Assembly: GCA_964016885.1 (NCBI GenBank)
Contig: OZ024740.1
Location: 290,656,001-290,720,000 of the forward strand
Reading direction: 5' to 3'
Length of the DNA stretch: 64,000 nucleotides
Source of the DNA: Eledone cirrhosa
Lineage: Eukaryota
Part shown: positions 40,920 through 54,000 of the stretch, piece by piece
How the letters are laid out: every line of letters starts with the position of its first letter
Position numbering within the stretch: the stretch's first letter is position 1
The notes under the pieces: model-generated
What the model was told of the DNA's origin: nothing
Database searches by the model: none
What the model saw: only the letters and a program-made list of their open reading frames with translations
Translations under genes and position numbers: made by a program

Positions 40920-42520
40920 CCCCGTTTTTTATTTGGGTGCCCCGTTTTTTATTTGGGTGCCCCGTTTTTTATTTGGGTACCCCGTTTTTTATTTGGGTGC
41001 CCCGTTTTTTTATGGGGGGGGTCCGTTTTTTATTTGGATACCCCGTTTTTTATTTGGGTGCCCCGTTTTTTATTTGGGTGCCCCGTTTTTTATTTGGGTG
41101 CCCCGTTTTTTATTTGGGTGCCCCGTTTTTTTATGGGGGGTCCGTTTTTTATTTGGATACCCCGTTTTTTATTTGGGTGCCCCGTTTTTTATTTGGGTGC
41201 CCCGTTTTTTATTTAGGTGTCCGTTTTTTTATCTGGGTACCCCGTTTTTTATTTGGATACCCCGTTTTTCATTTGGGTGTCCCGTTTTTTATTTGGGTGC
41301 CCCGTTTTTTATTGGGGTGCCCCGTTTTTTTTATGGGGGGGTCCGTTTTTTATTTGGGTGCCCCGTTTTTTATTTGGGTGCCCCGTTTTTTATTTGGGTG
41401 CCCCGTTTTTTATTTGGGTGCCCCGTTTTTTATGGGGGGGGGCGTTTTTTATCTGGGTACCCCGTTTTTTATTTGGGTACCCCGTTTTTTATTTGGGTGC
41501 CCCGTTTTTTTATGGGGGGGTCCGTTTTTTATTTGGATACCCCGTTTTTTATTTGGGTGCCCCGTTTTTTATTTGGGTGCCCCGTTTTTTATTTGGGTAC
41601 CCCGTTATTTATTTGGGTGCCCCGTTTTTTTAAGGGGGGGTTCGTTTTTTATATGGGGGGGTCCGTTTTTTATTTGGGTGCCCCGTTTTTTATTTGGGTG
41701 CCCCGTTTTTTATTTGGGTGCCCCGTTTTTTATTTGGGTACCCCGTTTTTTATTTGGGTGCCCCGTTTTTTTATGGGGGGGGTCCGTTTTTTATTTGGAT
41801 ACCCCGTTTTTTATTTGGGTGCCCCGTTTTTTATTTGGGTGCCCCGTTTTTTATTTGGGTGCCCCGTTTTTTATTTGGGTGCCCCGTTTTTTTATGGGGG
41901 GTCCGTTTTTTATTTGGATACCCCGTTTTTTATTTGGGTGCCCCGTTTTTTATTTGGGTGCCCCGTTTTTTATTTAGGTGTCCGTTTTTTTATCTGGGTA
42001 CCCCGTTTTTTATTTGGATACCCCGTTTTTCATTTGGGTGTCCCGTTTTTTATTTGGGTGCCCCGTTTTTTATTGGGGTGCCCCGTTTTTTTATGGGGGG
42101 GTCCGTTTTTTATTTGGGTGCCCCGTTTTTTATTTGGGTGCCCCGTTTTTTATTTGGGTGCCCCGTTTTTTATTTGGGTGCCCCGTTTTTTATGGGGGGG
42201 GCCGTTTTTTATCTGGGTACCCCGTTTTTTATTTGGGTACCCCGTTTTTTATTTGGGTGCCCCGTTTTTTTATGGGGGGGTCCGTTTTTTATTTGGATAC
42301 CCCGTTTTTTATTTGGGTGCCCCGTTTTTTATTTGGGTGCCCCGTTTTTTATTTGGGTACCCCGTTATTTATTTGGGTGCCCCGTTTTTTTAAGGGGGGG
42401 TTCGTTTTTTATATGGGGGGGTCCGTTTTTTATTTGGGTGCCCCGTTTTTTATTTGGGTGCCCCGTTTTTTATTTGGGTGCCCCGTTTTTTATTTGGGTA
42501 CCCCGTTTTTTATTTGGGTG
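40920..42520. repeat. Tandem duplication, period 761 bp (38 monomers)
   Basis: ORF pairs 40933/41694 and 41217/41978. The variant TTTTTCATTTGGGTGTCCC occurs at ~41265 and ~42026. Confidence 0.9.
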
Positions 42521-45500
42521 CCCCATTTTTTATTTGGGTGCCCCGTTTTTTATTTGGGTGCCCCGTTTTTTTTATGGGGGGTCCGTTTTTTATTTGGGTG
42601 CCCCGTTTTTTTATGGGGGGGCGTCCGTTTTTTTATTTGGATACCCCGTTTTTTATTTGGGTGCCCCATTTTTTATTTGGGTGCCCCGTTTTTTATTTGG
42701 GTGACCCGTTTTTTTTATGGGGGGGTCCGTTTTTTATTTGGGTGCCCCGTTTTTTTATGGGGTGGGGTCCGTTTTTTTTATTTGGATACCCCGTTTTTTA
42801 TTTGTGTGCCCCGTTTTTTATTTGGGTGCCCCGTTTTTTATTTGGGTGCCCCGTTTTTTTATGGGGCGGGGTCCGTTTTTTATCTGGGTTCCCCGTTTTT
42901 TATTTGGGTACCCCGTTTTTTATTTGGGTGCCCCGTTTTTTATTTAGGTGCCCCGTTTTTTATGGGGGTGTCCGTTTTTTATCTGGGTACCCCGTTTTTT
43001 ATTTGGGTACCCCGTTTTTTATTTGGGTGCCCCGTTTTTTATTTGGGTGCTCCGTTTTTTATTTGGGTGCCCCGTTTTTTATTTGGGTGCCCCGTTTTTT
43101 TATGGGGGGGGTCCGTTTTCTATCTGGGTACCCCGTTTTTTATTTGGGTACCCCGTTTTTTATTTGGGTGCCCCGTTTTTTATTTGGGTGCCCCGTTTTT
43201 CATTTGGGTACCCCGTTATTTATTTGGGTGCCCCGTTTTTTTATGGGGGGGGGTCCGTTTTTTATATGGGGGGGTCCGTTTTTTATTTGGGTGCCCCGTT
43301 TTTTATTTGGGTGCCCCGTTTTTTATTTCGGTGCCCCGTTTTTTATTTGGGTACCCCGTTTTTTATTTGGGTGCCCCGTTTTTTATTTGGGTGCCCCGTT
43401 TTTTTATGGGGGGGGTCCGTTTTTTATTTGGATACCCCGTTTTTTATTTGGGTGCCCCGTTTTTTATTTGGGTACCCCGTTATTTATTTGGGTGCCCCGT
43501 TTTTTTATGGGGGGGGTCCGTTTTTTATATGGGGGGGTCCGTTTTTTATTTGGGTGCCCCGTTTTTTATTTGGGTGCCCCGTTTTTTATTTCGGTGCCCC
43601 GTTTTTTATTTGGGTACCCCGTTTTTTATTTGGGTGCCCCGTTTTTTATTTGGGTGCCCCGTTTTTTTATGGGGGGGTCCGTTTTTTATTTGGATACCCC
43701 GTTTTTTATTTGGGTGCCCCGTTTTTTATTTGGGTGCCCCGTTTTTTATTTGGGTACCCCGTTATTTATTTGGGTGCCCCGTTTTTTTATGGGGGGGGTC
43801 CGTTTTTTATATGGGGGGGTCCGTTTTTTATTTGGGTGCCCCGTTTTTTATTTGGGTGCCCCGTTTTTTATTTCGGTGCCCCGTTTTTTTATGGGGGGGT
43901 CCGTTTTTTATCTGGGTACCCCGTTTTTTATTTGGGTACCCCGTTTTTTATTTGGGTGCCCCGTTTTTTTATGGGGGGGTCCGTTTTTTATTTGGATACC
44001 CCGTTTTTTATTTGGGTGCCCCGTTTTTTATTTGGGTGCCCCGTTTTTTATTTGGGTACCCCGTTATTTATTTGGGTGCCCCGTTTTTTTTATGGGGGGG
44101 GTCCGTTTTTTATATGGGGGGTCCGTTTTTTATTTGGGTGCCCCGTTTTTTATTTGGGTGCCCCGTTTTTTATTTGGGTGCCCCGTTTTTTATTTGGGTA
44201 CCCCGTTTTTTATTTGGGTGCCCCTTTTTTTTTATGGGGGGGTCCGTTTTTTATTTGGGTGCCCCGTTTTTTTATGGGGGGGGTCCGTTTTTTATTTCGG
44301 TGCCCCGTTATTTATTTGGGTACCCCGTTGTTTATTTGGGTGCCCCGTTTTTTTATGGGGGGGGTCCGTTTTTTTATTTGGATACCCCGTTTTTTATTTG
44401 GGTGCCCCGTTTTTTATTTGGGTGCCCCGTTTTTTTATGGGGGGGTCCGTTTTTTATCTGGGTACCCCGTTTTTTATTTGGGTACCCCGTTTTTTATTTG
44501 GGTGCTCCGTTTTTTATTTGGGTGCCTCGTTTTTTATTTGGGTGCCCCGTTTTTTTTATGGGGGGGGTCCGTTTTTTATCTGGGTACCCCGTTTTTTATT
44601 TGGGTGCCCCGTTTTTTATTTGGGTGCCCCGTTTTTTATGGAGGTGTCCGTTTTTTATCTGGGTACCCCGTTTTTTATTTGGGTACCCCGTTTTTTATTT
44701 GGGTGCCCCGTTTTTTATTTGGGTGCCCCGTTTTTTTATGGGGCGGGGTCCGTTTTTTATCTGGGTACCCCGTTTTTTATTTGGGTGCCCCGTTTTTTTA
44801 TGGGGGGGGGTCCGTTTATTATCTGGGAACCCCGTTTTTTATTTGGGTGCCCCGTTTTTTATTTGGGTGCCCCGTTTTTTATTTAGGTGCCCCGTTTTTT
44901 ATGGGGGTGTCCGTTTTTTATCTGGGTACCCCGTTTTTTATTTCGGTGCACCGTTTTTTATTTGGGTGCCCCGTTTTTATTTGGGTACCCCGTTTTTTAA
45001 TTGGGTGCCCCGTTTTTTATGGGGGGGTCCGTTTTTTATTTGGGTGTCACGTTTTTTATTTGGGTGCACCGTTTTTTATTTGGGTACCCCGTTTTTTATT
45101 TGGGTACCCCGTTTCTTATTTGGGTGCCCCGTTTTTTATTTGGGTGCCCCGTTTTTTATTTAGGTGTCCGTTTTTTTATCTGGGTACCCCGTTTTTTATT
45201 TGGGTACCCCGTTTTTTATTTGGGTGCCCCGTTTTTTATTTGGGTGCCCCGTTTTTTTATGGGGGGGGTCCGTTTTTTATTTGGGTGCCCCGTTTTTTTA
45301 TGGGGGGGTCCGTTTTTTATTTGGGTGCCCCGTTTTTTATTTGGGTGCCCCGTTTTTTATTTGGGTGCCCCGTTTTTTTATGGGGGGGTCCGTTTTTTAT
45401 TTGGGTGCCCCGTTTTTTTATGGGGGGGTCCGTTTTTTATTTGGGTGCCCCGTTTTTTATTTGGGTGCCCCGTTTTTTATTTGGGTGCCCCGTTTTTTAT

Positions 45501-45889
45501 TTGGGTGTCCCGTTTTTTATTTGGGTGCCCCGTTTTTTATTTGGGTGCCCCGTTTTTTGATGGGGGGGTCCATTTTTTATTTGGGTGCCCCGTTTTTTAT
45601 GGGGAGGTCCGTTTTTTATTTGGGTGCCCCGTTTTTTATTTGGGTGCCCCGTTTTTTATTTGGGTGCCCCGTTTTTTTATGGGGGGTCCGTTTTTTATTT
45701 GGGTGCCTCGTTTTTTATCTAGGTGCCCCGTTTTTTAGTTGGGTGCCCCGTTTTTTATTTGGGTGCCCCGTTTTTTTATGGGGGGGTCCGTTTTTTATTT
45801 GGGTGCCCCGTTTTTTTATGGGGGGTCCGTTTTTTATTCGGTGCCCCGTTTTTTGATGGGGGGTCCGTTTTTTATTTGGGTGCCCCGTT

Positions 45890-46830
45890 TTTTATTTGGG
45901 TGCCCCGTTTTTTATTTGGGTGCCCCGTTTTTTTATGGGGGGTCCGTTTTTTATTTGGGTACCCCGTTTTTTATTTGGGTGCCCCGTTTTTATATGGGTG
46001 CCCCGTTTTTTATTTGGGTGCCCCGTTTTTATATGGGTGCCCCGTTTTTTATTTGGGTGCCCCGTTTTTTTATGGGGGGTCCGTTTATTATTTGGGTGCC
46101 CCGTTTTTTTATGGGGGGGTCCGTTTTTTATTTGGGAACCCCATTTTTTATTTGGGTGCCCCGTTTCTTTATGGGGGGGTCCGTTTTTTATTTGGGTGCA
46201 CCGTTTTTTTATGGGTGGGTCCGTTTTTATTTCGGTGCCCCGTTTTTTTATGGGGGGTCCGTTTTTTATTTGGGTACCCCGTTTTTTATTTGGGTGCACC
46301 GTTTTTTATTTGGGTACCCCGTTTTTTATTTGTGTGCCTCGTTTTTTATTTGGGTGCCCCGTTTTTTATTTGGGTGCCCCGTTTTTTTATGGGGGGTCCG
46401 TTTTTTATTTGGGTACCCCGTTTTTTATTTGGGTGCCCCGTTTTTATATGGGTGCCCCGTTTTTTATTTGGGTGCCCCGTTTTTATATGGGTGCCCCGTT
46501 TTTTATTTGGGTGCCCCGTTTTTTTATGGGGGGTCCGTTTATTATTTGGGTGCCCCGTTTTTTTATGGGGGGGTCCGTTTTTTATTTGGGAACCCCATTT
46601 TTTATTTGGGTGCCCCGTTTCTTTATGGGGGGGTCCGTTTTTTATTTGGGTGCACCGTTTTTTTATGGGTGGGTCCGTTTTTATTTCGGTGCCCCGTTTT
46701 TTTATGGGGGGTCCGTTTTTTATTTGGGTACCCCGTTTTTTATTTGGGTGCACCGTTTTTTATTTGGGTACCCCGTTTTTTATTTGTGTGCCTCGTTTTT
46801 TATTTGGGTGCCCCGTTTTTTATTTGGGTG
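45890..46830. repeat. Tandem duplication, period 454 bp (~23 monomers)
   Basis: Identical minus-strand ORFs at 45892 and 46346. GGGAACCCCA at 46134/46588 and GGGTGGG at 46213/46667. Confidence 0.93.
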
Positions 46831-48169
46831 CCCCGTTTTTTTATGGGGGGGGTCCGTTTATTATCTGGGAACCCCGTTTTTTATTTGGGTGCCCCGTTTT
46901 TTATTTGGGTGCCCCGTTTTTTATTTAGGTGCCCCGTTTTTTATGGGGGTGTCCGTTTTTTATCTGGGTACCCCGTTTTTTATTTGGGTGCCCTGTTTTT
47001 TTATGGGGGGGGTCCGTTTTTTATCTGGGTACCCCGTTTTTTATTTGGGTACCCCGTTTTTTATTTGTGTGCCTCGTTTTTTATTTGGGTGCCCCGTTTT
47101 TTATTTGGGTGCCCCGTTTTTTTATGGGGGGGGTCCGTTTATTATCTGGGAACCCCGTTTTTTATTTGGGTGCCCCGTTTTTTATTTGGGTGCCCCGTTT
47201 TTTATTTAGGTGCCCCGTTTTTTTTATGGGGGGGTCCGTTTTTTATTTGGGTGCCCCGTTTTTTTATGGGGGGGGTCCGTTTTTTTATTTGGATACCCCG
47301 TTTTTTATTTGGGTGCCCCGTTTTTTATTTGGGTGCCCCGTTTTTTTATGGGGGGGGTCCGTTTTTTATCTGGGTACCCCGTTTTTTATTTGGGTACCCC
47401 GTGTTTTATTTGTGTGCCTCGTTTTTTATTTGGGTGCCCCGTTTTTTATTTGGGTGCCCCGTTCTTTTATGGGGGGGGTCCTTTTATTATCTGGGTACCC
47501 CGTTTTTTATTTGGGTGCCCCGTTTTTTATTTGGGTGCCCCGTTTTTTATTTGGGTGCCCCGTTTTTTTATGGGGCGGGGACCGTTTTTTATCTGGGTAC
47601 CCCGTTTTTTTTATGGGGGGGTCCGTTTTTTATTTGGGTGCCCCGTTTTTTTATGGGGGGGGTCCGTTTTTTTATTTGGATACCCCGTTTTTTATTTGTG
47701 TGCCCCGTTTTTTATTTGGGTGCCCCGTTTTTTATTTGGGTGCCCCGTTTTTTTATGGGGGGGGTCCGTTTTTTATCTGCGTACCCCGTTTTTTATTTGG
47801 GTGCCCCGTTTTTTATTTGGGTGCCCCGTTTTTTATTTAGGTGCCCCGTTTTTTATGGGGGTGTCCGTTTTTTATCTGGGTACCCCGTTTTTTATTTGGG
47901 TGCCCCGTTTTTTATTTGGGTGCCCCGTTTTTTATTTGGGTGCCCCGTTTTTTTTATCTGGGTACCCCGTTTTTTATTTGGGTGCCCCGTTTTTTATTTG
48001 GGTGCCCCGTTTTTTATTTGGGTGCCCCGTTTTTTATTTGGGTGCCCCGTTTTTTTATGGGGCGGGGTCCGTTTTTTATCTGGGTACCCCGTTTTTTATT
48101 TGGGTACCCCGTTTTTTATTTGGGTGCCCCGTTTTTTTATGGGGGGGGTCCGTTTTTTATTTGGACACC

Positions 48170-49400
48170 CCGTTTTTTATTTGGGTGCCCCGTTTTTTAT
48201 TTGGGTGCCCCGTTTTTTATTTGGGTACCCCGTTTTTTATTTGGGTGCCCCGTTTTTTTATGGGGGGGGTCCGTTTTTTATATGGGGGTGCCCCGTTTTT
48301 TATTTGGGTGCCCCGTTTTTTATTTGGGTGCCCCGTTTTTTATTTGGGTACCCCGTTTTTTATTTGGGTGGCCCGTTTTTTTTATGGGGGGGTCCGTTTT
48401 TTATTTGGGTGCCCCGTTTTTTTATGGGGGGGTCCGTTTTTTATTTGGATACACCGTTTTTTATTTTAGGGTGCCCCGTTTTTTATTTGGGTGCCCCGTT
48501 TTTTTTATGGAGGGGGTTCGTTTTTTATTTGGGTACCCCGTTTTTTATTTGGGTGCCCCGTTTTTTTATGGGGGGGTCCGTTTTTTATTTGGGTGCCCCG
48601 TTTTTTTATGGGGGGGGGTCCGTTTTTTATTTGGGTGCCCCGTTTTTTATTTGGGTGCCCCGTTTTTTTATGGGGGGGGTCCGTTTTTTATTTGGTTACC
48701 CCGTTTTTTATTTGGGTACCCCGTTTTATATTTGGGTGCCCCGTTTTTTTATGGGGGGGGGTCCGTTTTTATTTGGGTGCCCCGTTTTTTATTTGGGTGC
48801 CCCGTTTTTTATTTGGGTACCCCGTTTTTTATTTGGGTGCCCCGTTTTTTTATGGGGGGGGTCCGTTTTTTATATGGGGGTGCCCCGTTTTTTATTTGGG
48901 TGCCCCGTTTTTTATTTGGGTGCCCCGTTTTTTATTTGGGTACCCCGTTTTTTATTTGGGTGGCCCGTTTTTTTTATGGGGGGGTCCGTTTTTTATTTGG
49001 GTGCCCCGTTTTTTTATGGGTGGGTCCGTTTTTTATTTGGATACACCGTTTTTTATTTTAGGGTGCCCCGTTTTTTATTTGGGTGCCCCGTTTTTTTTAT
49101 GGAGGGGGTTCGTTTTTTATTTGGGTACCCCGTTTTTTATTTGGGTGCCCCGTTTTTTTATGGGGTGGTCCGTTTTTTATTTGGGTGCCCCGTTTTTTTA
49201 TGGGGGGGGTCCGTTTTTTATTTGGGTGCCCCGTTTTTTATTTGGGTGCCCCGTTTTTTTATGGGGGGGGTCCGTTTTTTATTTGGTTACCCCGTTTTTT
49301 ATTTGGGTACCCCGTTTTATATTTGGGTGCCCCGTTTTTTTATGGGGGGGGGGTCCGTTTTTTATTTGGGTGCCCCGTTTTTTATTTGGGTGCCCCGTTT
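48170..49400. repeat. Tandem duplication, period ~592 bp
   Basis: ATTTTAGGG at 48463/49055. GGTGGCCCG and GGATACACC are both duplicated. ORF pair 48491/49083. Confidence 0.9.
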
Positions 49401-51099
49401 TTTATTTGGGTACCCCGTTATTTATTTGGGTGCCCCGTTATTTATTTGGGTGCCCCGTTTTTTTAAGGGGGGGTCCGTTTTTTATATGGGGGGGTCCGTT
49501 TTTTATTTGGGTGCCCCGTTTTTTATTTGGGTGCCCCGTTTTTTATTTGGGTACCCCGTTATTTATTTGGGTGCCCCGTTCTTTATTTGGGTGCCCCGTT
49601 TTTTTATGGGGGATCCGTTTTTTATCTGGGTACCCCGTTTTTTATTTGGGTGCCCCGTTTTTTATTTGGGTGCCCCGTTTTTTATTTAGGTGCCCCGTTT
49701 TTTATGGGGGTGTCCGTTTTTTATCTGGGTACCCCGTTTTTTTATGGGGGGGTCCGTTTTTTATTTGGATACCCCGTTTTTTATTTGGGTGCCCCGTTTT
49801 TTATTTGGGTGCCCCGTTTTTTTTATGGAGGGGGTTCGTTTTTTATTTGGGTACCCCGTTTTTTATTTGGGTGCCCCGTTTTTTTATGGGGGGGGTCCGT
49901 TTTTTATTTGGATACCCCGTTTTTTATTTGGGTACCCCGTTTTTTATTTGGGTGCTCCGTTTTTTTATGGGGGGGGGTCCGTTTTTTATTTGGATACCCC
50001 GTTTTTTATTTGGGTGCCCCGTTTTTTATTTGGGTGCCCCGTTTTTTATTTGGGTACCCCGTTATTTATTTGGGTGCCCCGTTTTTTTAAGGGGGGGGGC
50101 GTTTTTTATATGGGTGGGTCCGTTTTTTATTTGGGTGCCCCGTTTTTTATTTGGGTGCCCCGTTTTTTATTTGGGTGCCACGTTTTTTATTTGGGTGCCC
50201 CATTTTTTATTTGGGTGCCCCGTTTTTTATTTTGGTGCCCCGTTTTTTTTATGGGGGGGTCCGTTTTTTATTTGGGTGCCCCGTTTTTTTATGGGGGGGT
50301 CCGTTTTTTTATTTGGATACCCCGTTTTTTATTTGGGTGCCCCATTTTTTATTTGGGTGCCCCGTTTTTTATTTGGGTGCCCCGTTTTTTTTATGGGGGG
50401 GTCCGTTTTTTATTTGGGTGCCCCGTTTTTTTATGGGGGGGGTCCGTTTTTTTATTTGGATACCCCGTTTTTTATTTGTGTGCCCCGTTTTTTATCTGGG
50501 TACCCCGTTTTTTATTTGGGTGCCCCGTTTTTTATTTGGGTGCCCCGTTTTTTATTTAGGTGCCCCGTTTTTTATGGGGGTGTCCGTTTTTTATCTGGGT
50601 ACCCCGTTTTTTATTTGGGTACCCCGTTTTTTATTTGGGTGCCCCGTTTTTTATTTGGGTGCCCCGTTTTTTATTTGGGTGCCCCGTTTTTTTTATCTGG
50701 GTACCCCGTTTTTTATTTGGGTGCCCCGTTTTTTATTTGGGTGCCCCGTTTTTTATTTGGGTGTCCCGTTTTTTATTTGGGTGCCCCGTTTTTTTATGGG
50801 GCGGGGTCCGTTTTTTATCTGGGTACCCCGTTTTTTATTTGGGTGCCCCGTTTTTTATTTGGGTACCCCGTTTTTTATTTGGGTGCCCCGTTTTTTTATG
50901 GGGGGGTGTCCGTTTTTTATATGGGGGTGCCCCGTTTTTTATTTGGGTGCCCCGTTTTTTATTTGGGTGCCCCGTTTTTTATTTGGATACCCCGTTTTTT
51001 ATTTGGGTGCCCCATTTTTTATTTGGGTGCCCCGTTTTTTATTTGGGTGCCCCGTTTTTTTTATGGGGGGGTCCGTTTTTTATTTGGGTGCCCCGTTTT

Positions 51100-54000
51100 T
51101 TTATGGGGGGGGTACGTTTTTTTATTTGGATACCCCGTTTTTTATTTGTGTGCCCCGTTTTTTATTTGGGTGCCCCGTTTTTTATTTGGGTGCCCCGTTT
51201 TTTTATGGGGGGGTCCGTTTTTTATCTGGGTACCCCGTTTTTTATTTGGGTGCCCCGTTTTTTATTTGGGTGCCCCGTTTTTTATTTAGGTGCCCCGTTT
51301 TTTATGGGGGTGTCCGTTTTTTATCTGGGTACCCCGTTTTTTTATGGGGGGGTCCGTTTTTTATTTGGATACCCCGTTTTTTATTTGGGTGCCCCGTTTT
51401 TTATTTGGGTGCCCCGTTATTTATTTGGGTGCCCCGTTTTTTTAAGGGGGGGTCCGTTTTTTATATGGGGGGGTCCGTTTTTTATTTGGGTGCCCCGTTT
51501 TTTATTTGGGTGCCCCGTTTTTTATTTGGGTGCCCCGTTTTTTATTTGGGTACCACGTTTTTTATTTGGGTGCCCCATTTTTTATTTGGGTGCCCCGTTT
51601 TTTATTTGGGTGCCCCGTTTTTTTTATGGGGGGGTCCGTTTTTTATTTGGGTGCCTCGTTTTTTTATGGGGGGGGGTCCGTTTTTTTATTTGGATACCCC
51701 GTTTTTTATTTGGGTGCCCCATTTTTTATTTGGGTGCCCCGTTTTTTATTTGGGTGCCCCGTTTTTTTTATGGGGGGGTCCGTTTTTTATTTGGGTGCCC
51801 CGTTTTTTTATGGGGGGGGTCCGTTTTTTTATTTGGATACCCCGTTTTTTATTTGTGTGCCCCGTTTTTTATCTGGGTACCCCGTTTTTTATTTGGGTGC
51901 CCCGTTTTTTATTTGGGTGCCCCGTTTTTTTATGGGGCGGGGTCCGTTTTTTATCTGGGTACCCCGTTTTTTATTTGGGTGCCCCGTTTTTTATTTGGGT
52001 ACCCCGTTTTTTATTTGGGTGCCCCGTTTTTTTATGGGGGGGTGTCCGTTTTTTATATGGGGGTGCCCCGTTTTTTATTTGGGTGCCCCGTTTTTTATTT
52101 GGGTGCCCCGTTTTTTATTTGGGTACCCCGTTTTTTATTTGGGTGCCCCGTTTTTTATTTGGGTGTCCCGTTTTTTATTTGGGTGCCCCGTTTTTTTTAT
52201 GGGGGGGTCAATTTTTTATTTGGGTGCCCCGTTTTTTTATGGAGGGGGTTCGTTTTTTATTTGGGTACCCCGTTTTTTATTTGGGTGCCCCGTTTTTTTA
52301 TGGGGGGGTCCGTTTTTTATTTGGGTGCCCCGTTTTTTTATGGGGGGGGTCCGTTTTTTATTTGGGTGCCCCGTTTTTTTATGGGGGGGGTCCGTTTTTT
52401 ATTTGGGTGCCCCGTTTTTTATTTGGGTACCCCGTTTTTTATTTGGGTGCCCCGTTTTTTTATGGGGGGGGTCCGTTTTTTATTTGGATACCCCGTTTTT
52501 TATTTGGGTACCCCGTTTTTTATTTGGGTGCCCCGTTTTTTTTATGGGGGGGTCCGTTTTTTATTTGGGTGCCCCGTTTTTTAATGGCTGGGGGTCCGTT
52601 TTTTTATTTGGATACCCCGTTTTTTATTTGGGTGCCCCATTTTTTATTTGGGTGCCCCGTTTTTTATTTGGGTGCCCCGTTTTTTTTATGGGGGGGTCCG
52701 TTTTTTATTTGGGTGCCCCGTTTTTTTATGGGGGGGGGGGTACGTTTTTTTATTTGGATACCCCGTTTTTTATTTGTGTGCCCCGTTTTTTATTTGGGTG
52801 CCCCGTTTTTTATTTGGGTGCCCCGTTTTTTTATGGGGGGGTCCGTTTTTTATCTGGGTACCCCGTTTTTTATTTGGGTGCCCCTTTTTTTATTTGGGTG
52901 CCCCGTTTTTTATTTAGGTGCCCCGTTTTTTATGGGGGTGTCCGTTTTTTATCTGGGTACCCCGTTTTTTTATGGGGGGTCCGTTTTTTATTTGGATACC
53001 CCGTTTTTTATTTGGGTGCCCCGTTTTTTATTTGGGTGCCCCGTTATTTATTTGGGTGCCCCGTTTTTTTAAGGGGGGGTCCGTTTTTTATATGGGGGGG
53101 TCCGTTTTTTATTTGGGTGCCCCGTTTTTTATTTGGGTGCCCCGTTTTTTATTTGGGTGCCCCGTTTTTTATTTGGGTACCACGTTTTTTATTTGGGTGC
53201 CCCATTTTTTATTTGGGTGCCCCGTTTTTTATTTGGGTGCCCCGTTTTTTTATGGGGGGGTCCGTTTTTTATTTGGGTGCCTCGTTTTTTTATGGGGGGG
53301 TCCGTTTTTTTATTTGGATACCCCGTTTTTTATTTGGGTGCCCCATTTTTTATTTGGGTGCCCCGTTTTTTATTTGGGTGCCCCGTTTTTTTTATGGGGG
53401 GTCCGTTTTTTATTTGGGTGCCCCGTTTTTTTATGGGGGGGTCCGTTTTTTAATTTGGATACCCCGTTTTTTATTTGTGTGCCCCGTTTTTTATCTGGGT
53501 ACCCCGTTTTTTATTTGGGTGCCCCGTTTTTTATTTGGGTGCCCCGTTTTTTTATGGGGCGGGGTCCGTTTTTTTATTTGGATACCCCGTTTTTTATTTG
53601 GGTGCCCCATTTTTTATTTGGGTGCCCCGTTTTTTATTTGGGTGCCCCGTTTTTTATTTGGGTGCCCCGTTTTTTATTTAGGTGCCCCGTTTTTTATGGG
53701 GGTGTCCGTTTTTTATCTGGGTACCCCGTTTTTTATTTGGGTACCCCGTTTTTTATTTGGGTGCCCCGTTTTTTATTTGGGTGCCCCGTTTTTTATTTGG
53801 GTGCCCCGTTTTTTTTATCTGGGTACCCCGTTTTTTATTTGGGTGCCCCGTTTTTTATTTGGGTGCCCCTTTTTTTATTTGGGTGCCCCGTTTTTTATTT
53901 GGGTGCCCCGTTTTTTTATGGGGCGGGGTCCGTTTTTTATCTGGGTACCCCGTTTTTTATTTGGGTGCCCCGTTTTTTATTTGGGTACCCCGTTTTTTAT

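Larger units (their letters stand above)
28170..52050. repeat. Large tandem higher-order repeat, period ~12.2-12.4 kb: ~28170-39760 recurs at ~40610-52050
   Basis: Collinear markers: 28491/40933, 31396/45001, 32117/45723, 33761/47841, GGACACCCC at 34083/48163, 35912/50560 and TACCACG at 39385/51551. The offset drifts because each copy has private internal duplications. Confidence 0.85.

Noticed and set aside
34384-49063. TTTTAGGG (Chlamydomonas/plant-type telomere motif) at 34384, 36862, 48464 and 49056
   Set aside because: These are single isolated copies of one mutated monomer propagated by the 2478-bp, 12-kb and 592-bp duplications, and they are never tandem.
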